A stretch of DNA of 64,000 bases, taken from a virus. Lineage: Duplodnaviria > Heunggongvirae > Uroviricota > Caudoviricetes. How positions within the stretch are numbered: the first letter of the stretch is position 1; every line of letters begins with the position of its first letter. The DNA lies in the IMG/VR virus record IMGVR_UViG_3300022697_000186, positions 109,091 to 173,090 of that record. One strand, 5' to 3'. The position numbers and the translations under genes were made by a program. Shown in pieces: positions 17,501 to 25,703 of this stretch. A model generated the notes under the pieces. It was given only the letters and a program-made list of their open reading frames with translations. It searched no databases and was not told where the DNA came from.

Positions 17501-18657
17501 TGATTAATTGCTTGAAATATACCCTTTTTTGGATCTGGTAATTCTGATCTATATCCCATACCAAATATAGGAACTGAATATGCTAATACTTTTCCGACAC
17601 CCATTTGTAATTCAAATGTGCCTTTCATTGATCTTCTTAAATCATCAAGTATTTTAGTTTGTTTATCATCATTTTTTATTTTTAATTCTTTTCTTAGTTT
17701 AGCATCAACCTTCATTCTTGTTTTAGGACTTAATATATTCTCAGAAGCAGTAACTACATTTAATGGTTTACTTGGATCACTACCAAATGAATCATCGGCT
17801 GATGCAACAGACATAGCGCCAGACTTAGTTGATGGCATACCTTCTATCCAAGTTTTTAATACATCAAATCCATCAGATGTTTTTTTAGCTAAACCTTTAG
17901 TAATTTCCCATGTCTTAGCAGTAATTCCTGGACCACCATCATCCATACTTTCTTTCTTATTACTATTAAGGAATAATTCATTAAATAATGATCCAGCAAT
18001 TGGTCCGCCAATCTTACTTAAAACACCAGCACCCAAATTCTTTTTAAATGAACCTGTTGCATCACTTTTAAAATCACCCATTAATTCTCTAGAGAATTCA
18101 TCTTGACCCCCTGCATAAAAATTATAAGCACTTTTAGCACCTCTAATAGGTGATGTTGCAATATTTGCCGCTTTTTTAGCACCCCATTTACCACCAGTTG
18201 CAGCATAACCTAAAGCAGCACCCCCACCAGCTAATAAACCATACTTAGCAGCACTAGTAAGTCCTTGTCCTATATATGACAATGGTTCTTTTAAATCAAG
18301 CATAGAACGATTTAATTCTTCAGTTACATCTGATAATTTTTCTGAACTCTCATTAAATTCTTTAGAACTTTCACTAAGAGACATAGCACTCTGTGTTAAT
18401 TTATCAGTACTTTCACTTAATTGTTTAATAGGTTCATGCATTTCTTTTTTAGATTTAGTTAATTCTTTAGTAAGTTGTTCAACAGCTTGTTTATTCATCA
18501 TACCAGATTTATCAATTAACTTTACTTCCTTAGAAGTATTCTCTCGTATAGCTTTAGTATGAGCGTCAATTGAATTACTAAGTGATCCTAAGTTTCTTTT
18601 AAACTTCTGTTGTTCTGAAGCTAGTTTCTTAGAATCATCTTTAATATCATCTACCAT
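14512..18657 (-). CDS. Tape measure-like protein (1381 aa)
   Basis: Long helical G/A/K/I-rich sequence with an N-terminal coiled coil, 11-residue aromatic periodicity in the C-terminal half and two VHKGE motifs. Confidence 0.75.
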   Translation of the reverse strand: MVDDIKDDSKKLASEQQKFKRNLGSLSNSIDAHTKAIRENTSKEVKLIDKSGMMNKQAVEQLTKELTKSKKEMHEPIKQLSESTDKLTQSAMSLSESSKEFNESSEKLSDVTEELNRSMLDLKEPLSYIGQGLTSAAKYGLLAGGGAALGYAATGGKWGAKKAANIATSPIRGAKSAYNFYAGGQDEFSRELMGDFKSDATGSFKKNLGAGVLSKIGGPIAGSLFNELFLNSNKKESMDDGGPGITAKTWEITKGLAKKTSDGFDVLKTWIEGMPSTKSGAMSVASADDSFGSDPSKPLNVVTASENILSPKTRMKVDAKLRKELKIKNDDKQTKILDDLRRSMKGTFELQMGVGKVLAYSVPIFGMGYRSELPDPKKGIFQAINQTLGIMYVAQRFASSEINDLILAQSRLLQIGLNVEGSLEKPRARSLGQLLGGMLKQKMFAGSKLGGLLGIGKTPGEGFSEVKKGAKIKPMAAVGGLVIETGDATVHKGEMIGQPKELWENLKSKFGGGTSEKARSAGTTNGEEQKPGGGGFFGGILSFFTAGLSKIPEILREMWASIEGLPKRIAESIKDLWTSGTRKGKNVVDSIIEGIRNLFVGEKEQDEGKSFLGNLLSLVYEKMRKILIGDKTKVGDKATIFDKLETMITDGYNILIPDAVKKAVTAIGNLPIEITNVMLGLIEIIKSNITPIIDSIRVFGGNKSINEKIAKTPHKWVGGKLKEIKLVDGSFMGILYSMWGALSGITGSIVDVWSKWLILKDTADLGLAETISELKVNFINKILPDGWAKIFEEIQKLIIGWQSAALASFKSTFNIEFKKIFEEKKGDKKGIVASIVSGFATIFKAIEIATEPYIKVMDTAVDKFLELISAIDVYIKTGLEKNLKKDWEQLGDNKTKIKKEVMSMYEQMKEATAENIKADRIIKGTSEFAVGGQVANDGMAKVHKGEFIMPVSQTLDEIITQPIVAKLQEIVDLFSAGGVKGTQGVLSKIAGGITDLSISAVKLPFTIAGAVGKGLWEAITAPISGAWGIAKGLGGLIYDTVSLPVKGLWKTLNYIGDKIVNKLEKVYDGVLSIPSKIGKVMSGAWTGFKKFLMSPFQGIIDKFTKAKNWVKGKAQNFAKKILGMEVIGKDADGKAIYAKWPSKVISLLKQGNKYLKSIDWNTTKIKKTSKATSKVQTWFKKKAIMAIMASIGGAIASVGALIAPFLPVIAAAAMAMRWIKHKFQSLDELNKEHAATAKQNKASQVEAINKKYGTNYKSYSKAAGAIHTVSSGMKQGNKYEVIDGKFSKVQDTPGLAQMDKSQLANSSSANAKVKADLNAIGAKETTKSIDKLSAETINYYNNMTTIVSNSNANNIAGAGGGGGSNSQMDPNTEALTKTKFE

Positions 18658-18669
18658 TAATCATTACTC

Positions 18670-19563
18670 CTAAATACGTATTTTCTTTACCATTTTTACT
18701 GCATCTTGCCTTATACCAAATTGATTAGATATACAAATTACTTCTGATGGGTATAATGCTTCTTGTCCTACTAATGTTATTTTTTCAGGATTTTTTACAC
18801 CTATGTTTTCATAAGCTTTATAAAAATATCTAGCTATATCTATTGTAATACTTCTATTAAATAAATATTTATCCATTAATAACCCACTATATGGAGCTAA
18901 CATTTGCTTAGACATTTCAACAGCAGAATCTTTATCATTTGATTTATTAAATAATTCATACCAAAATGAAATTATTACATCTGTACTAATTCTAGAATTA
19001 GATTCATCAGAAAATTTTGATATATCTATAATTGTTTTTATTAAATCTATATCATGAACTGGACTTTTAGAAATCTTATTACATATTTCTCTATAAAAAG
19101 GAAGTAATGTATCATTCATTGTTCCTCTTAAAAATTGTGTTACATCTTTATTAGCAAGGAAATGCATAAATTCATGAGTAAGTACAGGAGGTATTTCTCT
19201 TACAGACTTACCAAACAAATCAACATTAGAATCTAGTAGTATGGCGATTTGACCATCTTCTTTAGAAAAATAACCTAAAACAAATTTACCTGATGTTGGT
19301 TTTCTAAAATGTTTCCATCTAGTTAATAAAAATTTAATTTTACTTCTTGATTCATATCCTATTAATATTTTTCTATCTCTGATACCTTGTATTAATTTAT
19401 CGGCTATTAATTTAGTTCTTGATGATTTACTTAACCAATTAATAATATATGTTATTATTTTTTCATTAGAATAAATATTAGTACCACCTACTGAACCAAA
19501 CTTTTCTAAATTAGTAGGTGCTAAATCTAAAAATTCTTGTAATATATCTATATTAGTTTTCAC
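18670..19563 (-). CDS. Hypothetical protein with an HExxH zinc-metallopeptidase motif
   Basis: VLTHEFMHF motif; lies between the terminase and tape-measure genes. Confidence 0.55.
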   Translation of the reverse strand: MKTNIDILQEFLDLAPTNLEKFGSVGGTNIYSNEKIITYIINWLSKSSRTKLIADKLIQGIRDRKILIGYESRSKIKFLLTRWKHFRKPTSGKFVLGYFSKEDGQIAILLDSNVDLFGKSVREIPPVLTHEFMHFLANKDVTQFLRGTMNDTLLPFYREICNKISKSPVHDIDLIKTIIDISKFSDESNSRISTDVIISFWYELFNKSNDKDSAVEMSKQMLAPYSGLLMDKYLFNRSITIDIARYFYKAYENIGVKNPEKITLVGQEALYPSEVICISNQFGIRQDAVKMVKKIRI

Positions 19564-21254
19564 TATTTCTTATCCTGAAATAAACTATATACGTCAATAG
19601 CTCCAGTTAATTTAACACCAACATTTTGTTTAATAAATCTATCTAGTGATTTTTTAAACATACTATATTTTTCATTATTATAATTACCTAATAAAGGTGC
19701 ACCATCATTATTAAATCCTGATAACATATTAATTGTATCATCAGTATAACCAGCTGCTTCGTCATCCTCTAGAGCTTCAGTATTACCTAACAGTTGAGGG
19801 CAATAATGTCTAACATAACAAATGAAAGCATATGATAAAGCTAAGTCATCATTAAATCCAGTGTCAGCTTCTACTCTTCCTCGTCTACTTGTTAAACCTA
19901 ACAATTCCAATGCTAATCTTTCAGATCCAATACTTTCAGGATCATTATTCACATAAGTAAAAAGAGCATCCAATATTAATGGTCTAGTTTTAACATTTGT
20001 ATTTAATCCTTCAGTGAATTTCTTGTTTGAACCTACACCTTTGGTTTCACCAAACATATTATAATTATAGTCATCATCTAGTACTAATTCTTCAACTACC
20101 TGATTACCATATGAATTATTCTCTACAACAATCATATTATGTGGCACCATTCTAGCTACTAATTTAACTATATCAGAAAACTTTTTAACTTCACATCTTC
20201 CTTTAAATTCCATAACTTGTTTCATAGTTTCATAATCAACTACTTGTATTGTAGAATAATCAGCACCAGACTTACTGGCAGTGTCTACACCTATTAAATG
20301 AAATCTAAGTTTATTTATCTCTTCAAATATCCAAATATCTAATCCAGTTTCTTTTAATCTAAACTTTCTTAATGGTTCTCGTTTTATATTCTGTAATGCT
20401 TCTTGTACCTTTTCATCAAATAAACATGATTCAGCGCCAATGAATTTTAATTCTAACTCCTGAGCTATCTTTCTTTTATCATTACCCAATAAACTACATT
20501 GTGTTTTATACCAATCAGGATCATCTCTATAAGCAGGAATTTCATGCCAATATATTTTATGAGGTTTAAAAATACCATTATCATTTATAGCTGCATTCCA
20601 ATTATCAAAAAAGAATTTACCAATACCTTCAGTTTTATTTGGAGTACTAAGAAATATAGTACCATATGGTATACCTTTCTTTTTAGCCTCCATTTGAGCT
20701 TTAGAAAGTGCAGGTGCTAGACCTGTCCATGATTGGTCTATTTTAGGTATGTGAGCAAGTTCATCCATTACTAATAATGTAATTGATTTACCACGGAATA
20801 CAGCTCCAGGATTTGCTGGGGAAACTGCACCTGCGTACAGTGAACATCCATTATCCATAATGTAATTTTGTACGTTCTTTGTTTTATATATTGGACGTAA
20901 CCACTTAGGGAGTTTATCAATCATATCTTCTGTTTTTCTGCAGAAGTCTGAAGCCTCATCCCCATTTCTTGATAAAACACCCATTACGCAATTGGAATAA
21001 AATACAGTAATGAATGTAACAATAGCTTGAGATAGTGTAGAAAACCCAACCTGCCTAGATTTTAGAAGTATTAAATGATGATCTTTAAAAAAAGATTCAA
21101 GTATCTTTTTTTGTGGTCGATAAAGCTTCATTAACTCATCTCCACCTGGTGTTGGGATTTTAATTTGTTCTTCAATAAATTTAATAGGATTTTTTTTATA
21201 ATCTAAAAACTTCTTAGCATACTTAAGAGTACGTTTATCTAATTTAGTAGCCAT
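19563..21254 (-). CDS. terL: Terminase large subunit (T4 gp17-like)
   Basis: Walker A LKSRQVGFST, Walker B LLVMDELAH, STPN motif, and RNase H-like GVDTA...DYS and DDL motifs. Confidence 0.93.
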   Translation of the reverse strand: MATKLDKRTLKYAKKFLDYKKNPIKFIEEQIKIPTPGGDELMKLYRPQKKILESFFKDHHLILLKSRQVGFSTLSQAIVTFITVFYSNCVMGVLSRNGDEASDFCRKTEDMIDKLPKWLRPIYKTKNVQNYIMDNGCSLYAGAVSPANPGAVFRGKSITLLVMDELAHIPKIDQSWTGLAPALSKAQMEAKKKGIPYGTIFLSTPNKTEGIGKFFFDNWNAAINDNGIFKPHKIYWHEIPAYRDDPDWYKTQCSLLGNDKRKIAQELELKFIGAESCLFDEKVQEALQNIKREPLRKFRLKETGLDIWIFEEINKLRFHLIGVDTASKSGADYSTIQVVDYETMKQVMEFKGRCEVKKFSDIVKLVARMVPHNMIVVENNSYGNQVVEELVLDDDYNYNMFGETKGVGSNKKFTEGLNTNVKTRPLILDALFTYVNNDPESIGSERLALELLGLTSRRGRVEADTGFNDDLALSYAFICYVRHYCPQLLGNTEALEDDEAAGYTDDTINMLSGFNNDGAPLLGNYNNEKYSMFKKSLDRFIKQNVGVKLTGAIDVYSLFQDKK

Positions 21255-21516
21255 TATTTAAATCCTCTAAATTTTGAATTAACCAAGATTCAGAAACATA
21301 TTTATTCCACCCCATCTTTATTCTACATTTATTTCCTACTGCTCTTTTCATATAACCCATAGCATATTTATAAAATTCTGGATCCTTATCATTAAGTCCT
21401 TCTTTTTTAGAAGCATTTTGAGCGTCATCCCATAACTTCTCTGCTTTAGCTTCAGTCATTTTACATGTCTTAACTAACTTTTTTATAGTATTTGATGGCA
21501 ATGATTCTCTCCTCAA
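21244..21516 (-). CDS. Small basic protein upstream of terL (probable start TTG ~21501)
   Basis: RBS GAGGAG; first gene after a late-promoter motif. Confidence 0.6.
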   Translation of the reverse strand: MRRESLPSNTIKKLVKTCKMTEAKAEKLWDDAQNASKKEGLNDKDPEFYKYAMGYMKRAVGNKCRIKMGWNKYVSESWLIQNLEDLNNGY

Positions 21517-21533
21517 AAGAATGGAACAATAAA

Positions 21534-21547
21534 TTTATAGTTTGTCC
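21534..21547 (-). promoter_or_regulatory. Candidate late-promoter motif GGACAAACTATAAA
   Basis: The + strand reads TTTATAGTTTGTCC; heads the terminase/tape-measure operon. Confidence 0.75.
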
Positions 21548-21582
21548 TATTATTATATAAAAATTGAGCAAAAAAAAATTAA

Positions 21583-21622
21583 AATGAATAAGAGGAGCTA
21601 ATTAAAACCCCTCTTATTCATT
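21583..21622 (-). terminator. Terminator after 21628-21954
   Basis: 13-bp inverted repeat AATGAATAAGAGG / CCTCTTATTCATT, followed by a long T run on the - strand. Confidence 0.75.
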
Positions 21623-21627
21623 CATTT

Positions 21628-21954
21628 TTAGCTCTTATTTGCCATACTTTCTAGTGTTTCTTCTACTTTTTCGACTCTTTCTTCTAAGTTATTTTCATCC
21701 TCTGTAGTTGCTGCGGATTCCGAAGAATTAACTTGTTCAGTTATTGCTTCACTTTCTTCTTTAACTTGAGTATTAGCTAGTATCATACCTTGATGTGATT
21801 CTTGTATTTTTTTAACAGCTTCTTCCTTAGTCACCTGACTTATACCAGTTATTTTAAGATGCTTCATAATATTATGTATTTGCCACATATTAAGTTTCAT
21901 GAGGTATTCTGTATCTATATAATCTACGTTATCAAAGTTTACTTCTTTTTCCAA
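21628..21954 (-). CDS. Small protein with a Rho-N/HeH-like helical motif and an acidic tail
   Basis: LMKLNMWQIHNIMKHLKITGISQVTKEEAVKKIQE; TTG start with RBS AAGGA. Confidence 0.55.
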   Translation of the reverse strand: MEKEVNFDNVDYIDTEYLMKLNMWQIHNIMKHLKITGISQVTKEEAVKKIQESHQGMILANTQVKEESEAITEQVNSSESAATTEDENNLEERVEKVEETLESMANKS

Positions 21955-22133
21955 TTTATATTTCCTTAAAAATTGAGATTAAAAAACGACCTGTATATAT
22001 CAAATATCCCTGGTTCTCATAAGGTGTCAGTTCCTTTTAGAAAGATATTTTCAATATACAGGCCACAAATTTATGTTGATAGAGAACACCATAACTCTAC
22101 CGATACGTATTTTTTATTAACTTTGGAGAAAGA

Positions 22134-22655
22134 TTAATGTGATGTTTTTAATTCTGCTACATACGGTAAGTTTCTATATAAACCATTATAATCTAATCCA
22201 TATCCAATAACAAATTTATCTGGTATTTCAAAACCTATATAATCTACGTTAACTACTACTTCTCTTTTACTTGGTTTATTTAACATTGAACAATATTTTA
22301 TACTTTTAGGATTTTTAGAATTTAACCATTCTTCAATTTTAGTTAAAGTATGACCAGTATCTACTATATCTTCTATAACAAGTATATCGACATCTGTTAA
22401 ATACATCTGTAATGAATCACATGTTATTATTGGTTTAGTATTTTTAATTCCTACATATGATTCTATTGTTAAAAATTCACATTTAAAATTTAATTTAATT
22501 TCTCTTATTAAATCTGAAAAAAATAAAATAGATCCTTTTAATACACAAACAACCATTAAATTTTTTTCTTTATAATCTTCTGTAATACGTTGACCCAATT
22601 CTTTAATACGGTTATTTAATTTTTCTTTAGTTATTAATTCATCAAATGTACCCAA
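22134..22655 (-). CDS. hpt: Hypoxanthine-guanine phosphoribosyltransferase
   Basis: VCVLKGS, PRPP-binding motif LVIEDIVDTGHTL, and FVIGYGLDY...YRNLPYV. Confidence 0.95.
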   Translation of the reverse strand: MGTFDELITKEKLNNRIKELGQRITEDYKEKNLMVVCVLKGSILFFSDLIREIKLNFKCEFLTIESYVGIKNTKPIITCDSLQMYLTDVDILVIEDIVDTGHTLTKIEEWLNSKNPKSIKYCSMLNKPSKREVVVNVDYIGFEIPDKFVIGYGLDYNGLYRNLPYVAELKTSH

Positions 22656-22669
22656 TACCCCTCCAAGAT

Positions 22670-22846
22670 TTATTTTATATATTTAAATTTAAAACCCAGA
22701 TTAAACAATATAACCTCTATCTCATGTACAATTAAAAAACCTGGATCTTCTACTTTATAATAAGTGTATTCTAAATCAATAAACTTGAGTTTATATTTAT
22801 ATTCACTACATTTTTTCCAACCATTTAAAAATTTAAAACTTAACAT
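22670..22846 (-). CDS. Possible 58-aa protein missing from the ORF track
   Basis: MLSFKFLNGWKKCSEYKYKLKFIDLEYTYYKVEDPGFLIVHEIEVILFNLGFKFKYIK fills the gap between 22854 and hpt; no clear RBS. Confidence 0.4.
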   Translation of the reverse strand: MLSFKFLNGWKKCSEYKYKLKFIDLEYTYYKVEDPGFLIVHEIEVILFNLGFKFKYIK

Positions 22847-22853
22847 CTTATAA

Positions 22854-24149
22854 TTATACTTTCATGTTGCTACGTATAGCTTTAATGGTTATATCTGGTG
22901 TCCACAGTTCACCTTTTTTCTGAAGATTTAAATGTGAACTACTTACAATATATTTACCTTGCATATCATTATATTCTGTTGTTTGTGAAACAAATTCCAA
23001 AGTAACACCTACCTTAATTAATTTTGTAAGAGCAAGTTTTCTGTCTATCTTAAATTCTAATTCAGTCATTGAAGAATATTTACGACTCCAAGTTGCGTAT
23101 GCAAATGTTTCATCATCATCCCAACCAGGTTCGTTTGAAAGTCTATATACAATTCTATCTTTTAAAGTTTCATTAAAATATAAACCATCTTTACCATCAT
23201 TAATAGCTTTATCAAAAGCTTGATCTGCAGTTACTTCAAATTCTGTATACAATGTATCTGACGGATTTGATCTATATATTTGTTTATAAGCATTAACCAT
23301 AATATCTTGATTATTACTATTTTTAAATTTTATAGAATCAGTTATAATAAATTTGTCATCTGCTGTATCAGTTTCTGCTGTAATTTCATCAATGTTAGTT
23401 CCGCCTGAAACTTGAAAAAAAGTTAATGTAGGAGCTTGTTTCACCATACTTCCTAAGTCCCAAAGATGAAAAGTGTTTTCCTCCCATTCACATTGAAAAA
23501 ACATAGGTCCATCAAATATACCAGGACCTCTACCATAAGCTTCTACTAATTCAGGATTACTACCATCTAAATATTTTATAAAATTCATAAAGGTCATTGG
23601 TGGTATTATGAACTGTGGTAGAAGATATACATTTTCATTTTCATTTTTAATATCTAATTTCATATCAGGATTAAATGTTTTAGCTATATCTTCTACTATT
23701 TCTAAAGGTTTCTTTAGTGTAGATTCATCATATAATTTATTAACTACCTTAGTCATATGATTAAAACAATCTTTAATTATACAAGTAAATGTAACTTGTG
23801 CTGACCTTTCATTATCAGGTCCCATATCTACTTTACCACCGTCACCAGTTGATTTAGCAGGTTTTTGAGTTAATGGTAAATCTACCTTAACTGTAATTAA
23901 ATCAAATTTTATTGTTTCTAATGGTGTAGCATCTTCCCCTGCCATATTTTGTATAGTTACTGTTAAATCTTTTTTACCAAAGAGATCATCTGTAATCATA
24001 TCTTTAGAATCCATCATCATTGTTAAAATTACTGTTTGATAAGGAGTCATTATTGATCCAGCTAATTCAAGTTTTAACAATAAATGAGATAAATCTAACT
24101 CTTTAGTTTCAACAATTACAATATAATATGGTTTTATTTGAGTAGTCAT
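22854..24149 (-). CDS. Probable virion/baseplate structural protein (hub-like)
   Basis: Beta-rich 431-aa protein preceded by the late-promoter motif; C-terminal G.Y.VSSS.L pattern typical of hub proteins. Confidence 0.45.
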   Translation of the reverse strand: MTTQIKPYYIVIVETKELDLSHLLLKLELAGSIMTPYQTVILTMMMDSKDMITDDLFGKKDLTVTIQNMAGEDATPLETIKFDLITVKVDLPLTQKPAKSTGDGGKVDMGPDNERSAQVTFTCIIKDCFNHMTKVVNKLYDESTLKKPLEIVEDIAKTFNPDMKLDIKNENENVYLLPQFIIPPMTFMNFIKYLDGSNPELVEAYGRGPGIFDGPMFFQCEWEENTFHLWDLGSMVKQAPTLTFFQVSGGTNIDEITAETDTADDKFIITDSIKFKNSNNQDIMVNAYKQIYRSNPSDTLYTEFEVTADQAFDKAINDGKDGLYFNETLKDRIVYRLSNEPGWDDDETFAYATWSRKYSSMTELEFKIDRKLALTKLIKVGVTLEFVSQTTEYNDMQGKYIVSSSHLNLQKKGELWTPDITIKAIRSNMKV

Positions 24150-24171
24150 TTTATCAGTTCCTATCTATTAA

Positions 24172-24185
24172 TTTATAGTTTGTCC
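24172..24185 (-). promoter_or_regulatory. Candidate late-promoter motif GGACAAACTATAAA
   Basis: The + strand reads TTTATAGTTTGTCC, 22 nt upstream of 24149. Confidence 0.75.
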
Positions 24186-24235
24186 AAAATAAATAAATCA
24201 GGAATAAAAAAATGAAATTAAAAATTATTAAATAT

Positions 24236-24275
24236 GGTAGTTTAGAAAAATACATAAGTACCTTCCCAAACTACC
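24236..24275 (-). terminator. Possible terminator after 24282-24938
   Basis: 8-bp arms GGTAGTTT / AAACTACC, followed by a T-rich tract on the - strand. Confidence 0.45.
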
Positions 24276-24281
24276 TTTAAT

Positions 24282-24938
24282 TCAACTAGGTTGTAAAATA
24301 TCTGTTTCAACTTCAGATACTTGTTCTATTGATTCTGTTTGATTAAATTGTATATATCTAGCTTCATTCTCTTCGATTATAGTGTTAATTAATTTAGCTT
24401 TAGTTTTACCTTTATAATCAAAGTTTTCCTTCTGACAAACTTTAATAAGAGCTTCTTTCTTTAAAGTATTTAATTCACTTTTACTTCCAAGATCAACAGT
24501 TGATACAGATATTTTATCAGGATCATGAAATAAATATCTATTTGTTGATCGTCTTATAGTCTTTCCTATAACACAAATTTGTTTAGTTTGATTACTAAAT
24601 TCACCTGTTAAAATATTAGTAACATCAACAGCTTTAAGTTCTGGCGCTGTAACTCCTGATGCATCACCTACTGATTTTAATTCTGAATTAGCTAAATCTC
24701 TAATTTCAAACACTTTAGTACCAATTAAAGCTAACCCTGTTAAAACTGGAATATTAAGTGATTCAACAAATGGAATTAAAAAATGCCCTACGTTAACAGG
24801 ATTTTCTTTACTTACTTTTGTTATCTTAGAAAGTGCAGTAGTTCCTGTTGATTCAAGGTTTTTTTGATTTTCATATCTCTTTTTATTCTGTTGTCTCATA
24901 ATTTTAGAATCTCGTTTTCGATGTGTATCCTTTTCCAT
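24282..24938 (-). CDS. Hypothetical protein with a C-terminal SAP/Rho-N/HeH-like motif
   Basis: ELNTLKKEALIKVCQKENFDYKGKTKAKLINTIIE. Confidence 0.55.
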   Translation of the reverse strand: MEKDTHRKRDSKIMRQQNKKRYENQKNLESTGTTALSKITKVSKENPVNVGHFLIPFVESLNIPVLTGLALIGTKVFEIRDLANSELKSVGDASGVTAPELKAVDVTNILTGEFSNQTKQICVIGKTIRRSTNRYLFHDPDKISVSTVDLGSKSELNTLKKEALIKVCQKENFDYKGKTKAKLINTIIEENEARYIQFNQTESIEQVSEVETDILQPS

Positions 24939-24977
24939 AATATATCTCCTAAAAAATTAATAATATACGTATACGGA

Positions 24978-24992
24978 ATTTAATATATATAA
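24978..24992 (-). promoter_or_regulatory. Candidate early/middle promoter motif TTATATATATTAAAT
   Basis: Identical to 6640-6654. Confidence 0.5.
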
Positions 24993-25014
24993 TAACTTAT
25001 AGGATTAATTATGA

Positions 25015-25248
25015 TTATTTATCTAAGTCTTTTTCTTCTAGTAATTTCTTTTCTTGAGGATCCATTAATCCAATCTCTGCACTAACTCTTGGTGTTTCAT
25101 CTTCATTAAGTTTTTTTATAGTCAACTTACCTTTAATTTCCTCATGTATAATTTCTGCTTCAACTTCATGTCCTATATCAGGATCAGAAGAGAATTTAAT
25201 TTTTACTTTTTTTAAAGTTTCTTTAATTACTTCCCAAACTTCAGACAA
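25015..25248 (-). CDS. Hypothetical protein (77 aa)
   Basis: TTG start with RBS AAGGAG. Confidence 0.65.
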   Translation of the reverse strand: MSEVWEVIKETLKKVKIKFSSDPDIGHEVEAEIIHEEIKGKLTIKKLNEDETPRVSAEIGLMDPQEKKLLEEKDLDK

Positions 25249-25266
25249 ATTATTCTCCTTTAATTG

Positions 25267-25689
25267 TTAACCATCATACCAACCACCAGCATGCCAACCA
25301 ATAGTATAATCACTTAATCCATTTTCTATTAATAGTTTGTTAATTTCTTTTTTAAAATCACCCATAATTTGATTATCATCACATGAACCTGGATGTCTTC
25401 CTATATAAATAATACCTTCATCATAATTATTAGTAAGATCTAATCCTTTTTCTTCTATATGTTTTTGAAACATATCTAAGAAATAATCATCTTTAAGAAA
25501 ATCTTCTTTAGATAAAATTTCTTTATATCCATAAGTTGTATTTTCATTAATATATTTTTTCCATAGAATATTGACTAAGTTACCATCAATCATATTTGGA
25601 TCCGATAATTCACTACGATCTACTGATATACCCCAACAACAAAATGATGTTGATGAACTATTCGTTACAAAATCTAATTTGATTTTCAT
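25267..25689 (-). CDS. Protein with an N-terminal DFVTNSSS motif
   Basis: Begins MKIKLDFVTNSSSTSF; directly downstream of the radical SAM gene. Confidence 0.7.
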   Translation of the reverse strand: MKIKLDFVTNSSSTSFCCWGISVDRSELSDPNMIDGNLVNILWKKYINENTTYGYKEILSKEDFLKDDYFLDMFQKHIEEKGLDLTNNYDEGIIYIGRHPGSCDDNQIMGDFKKEINKLLIENGLSDYTIGWHAGGWYDG

Positions 25690-25703
25690 TATATACCTTT
25701 CCT

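Noticed and set aside
15851-18106. Long + strand ORFs (15851-16705, 17090-17476, 17618-18106)
   Set aside because: They are antisense shadows of the tape-measure gene, with no RBS or motifs and S/I/L/F-rich composition.
21244-21516. Small terminase call for the ORF upstream of terL
   Set aside because: Position fits, but no recognisable TerS motif is present; left as hypothetical.
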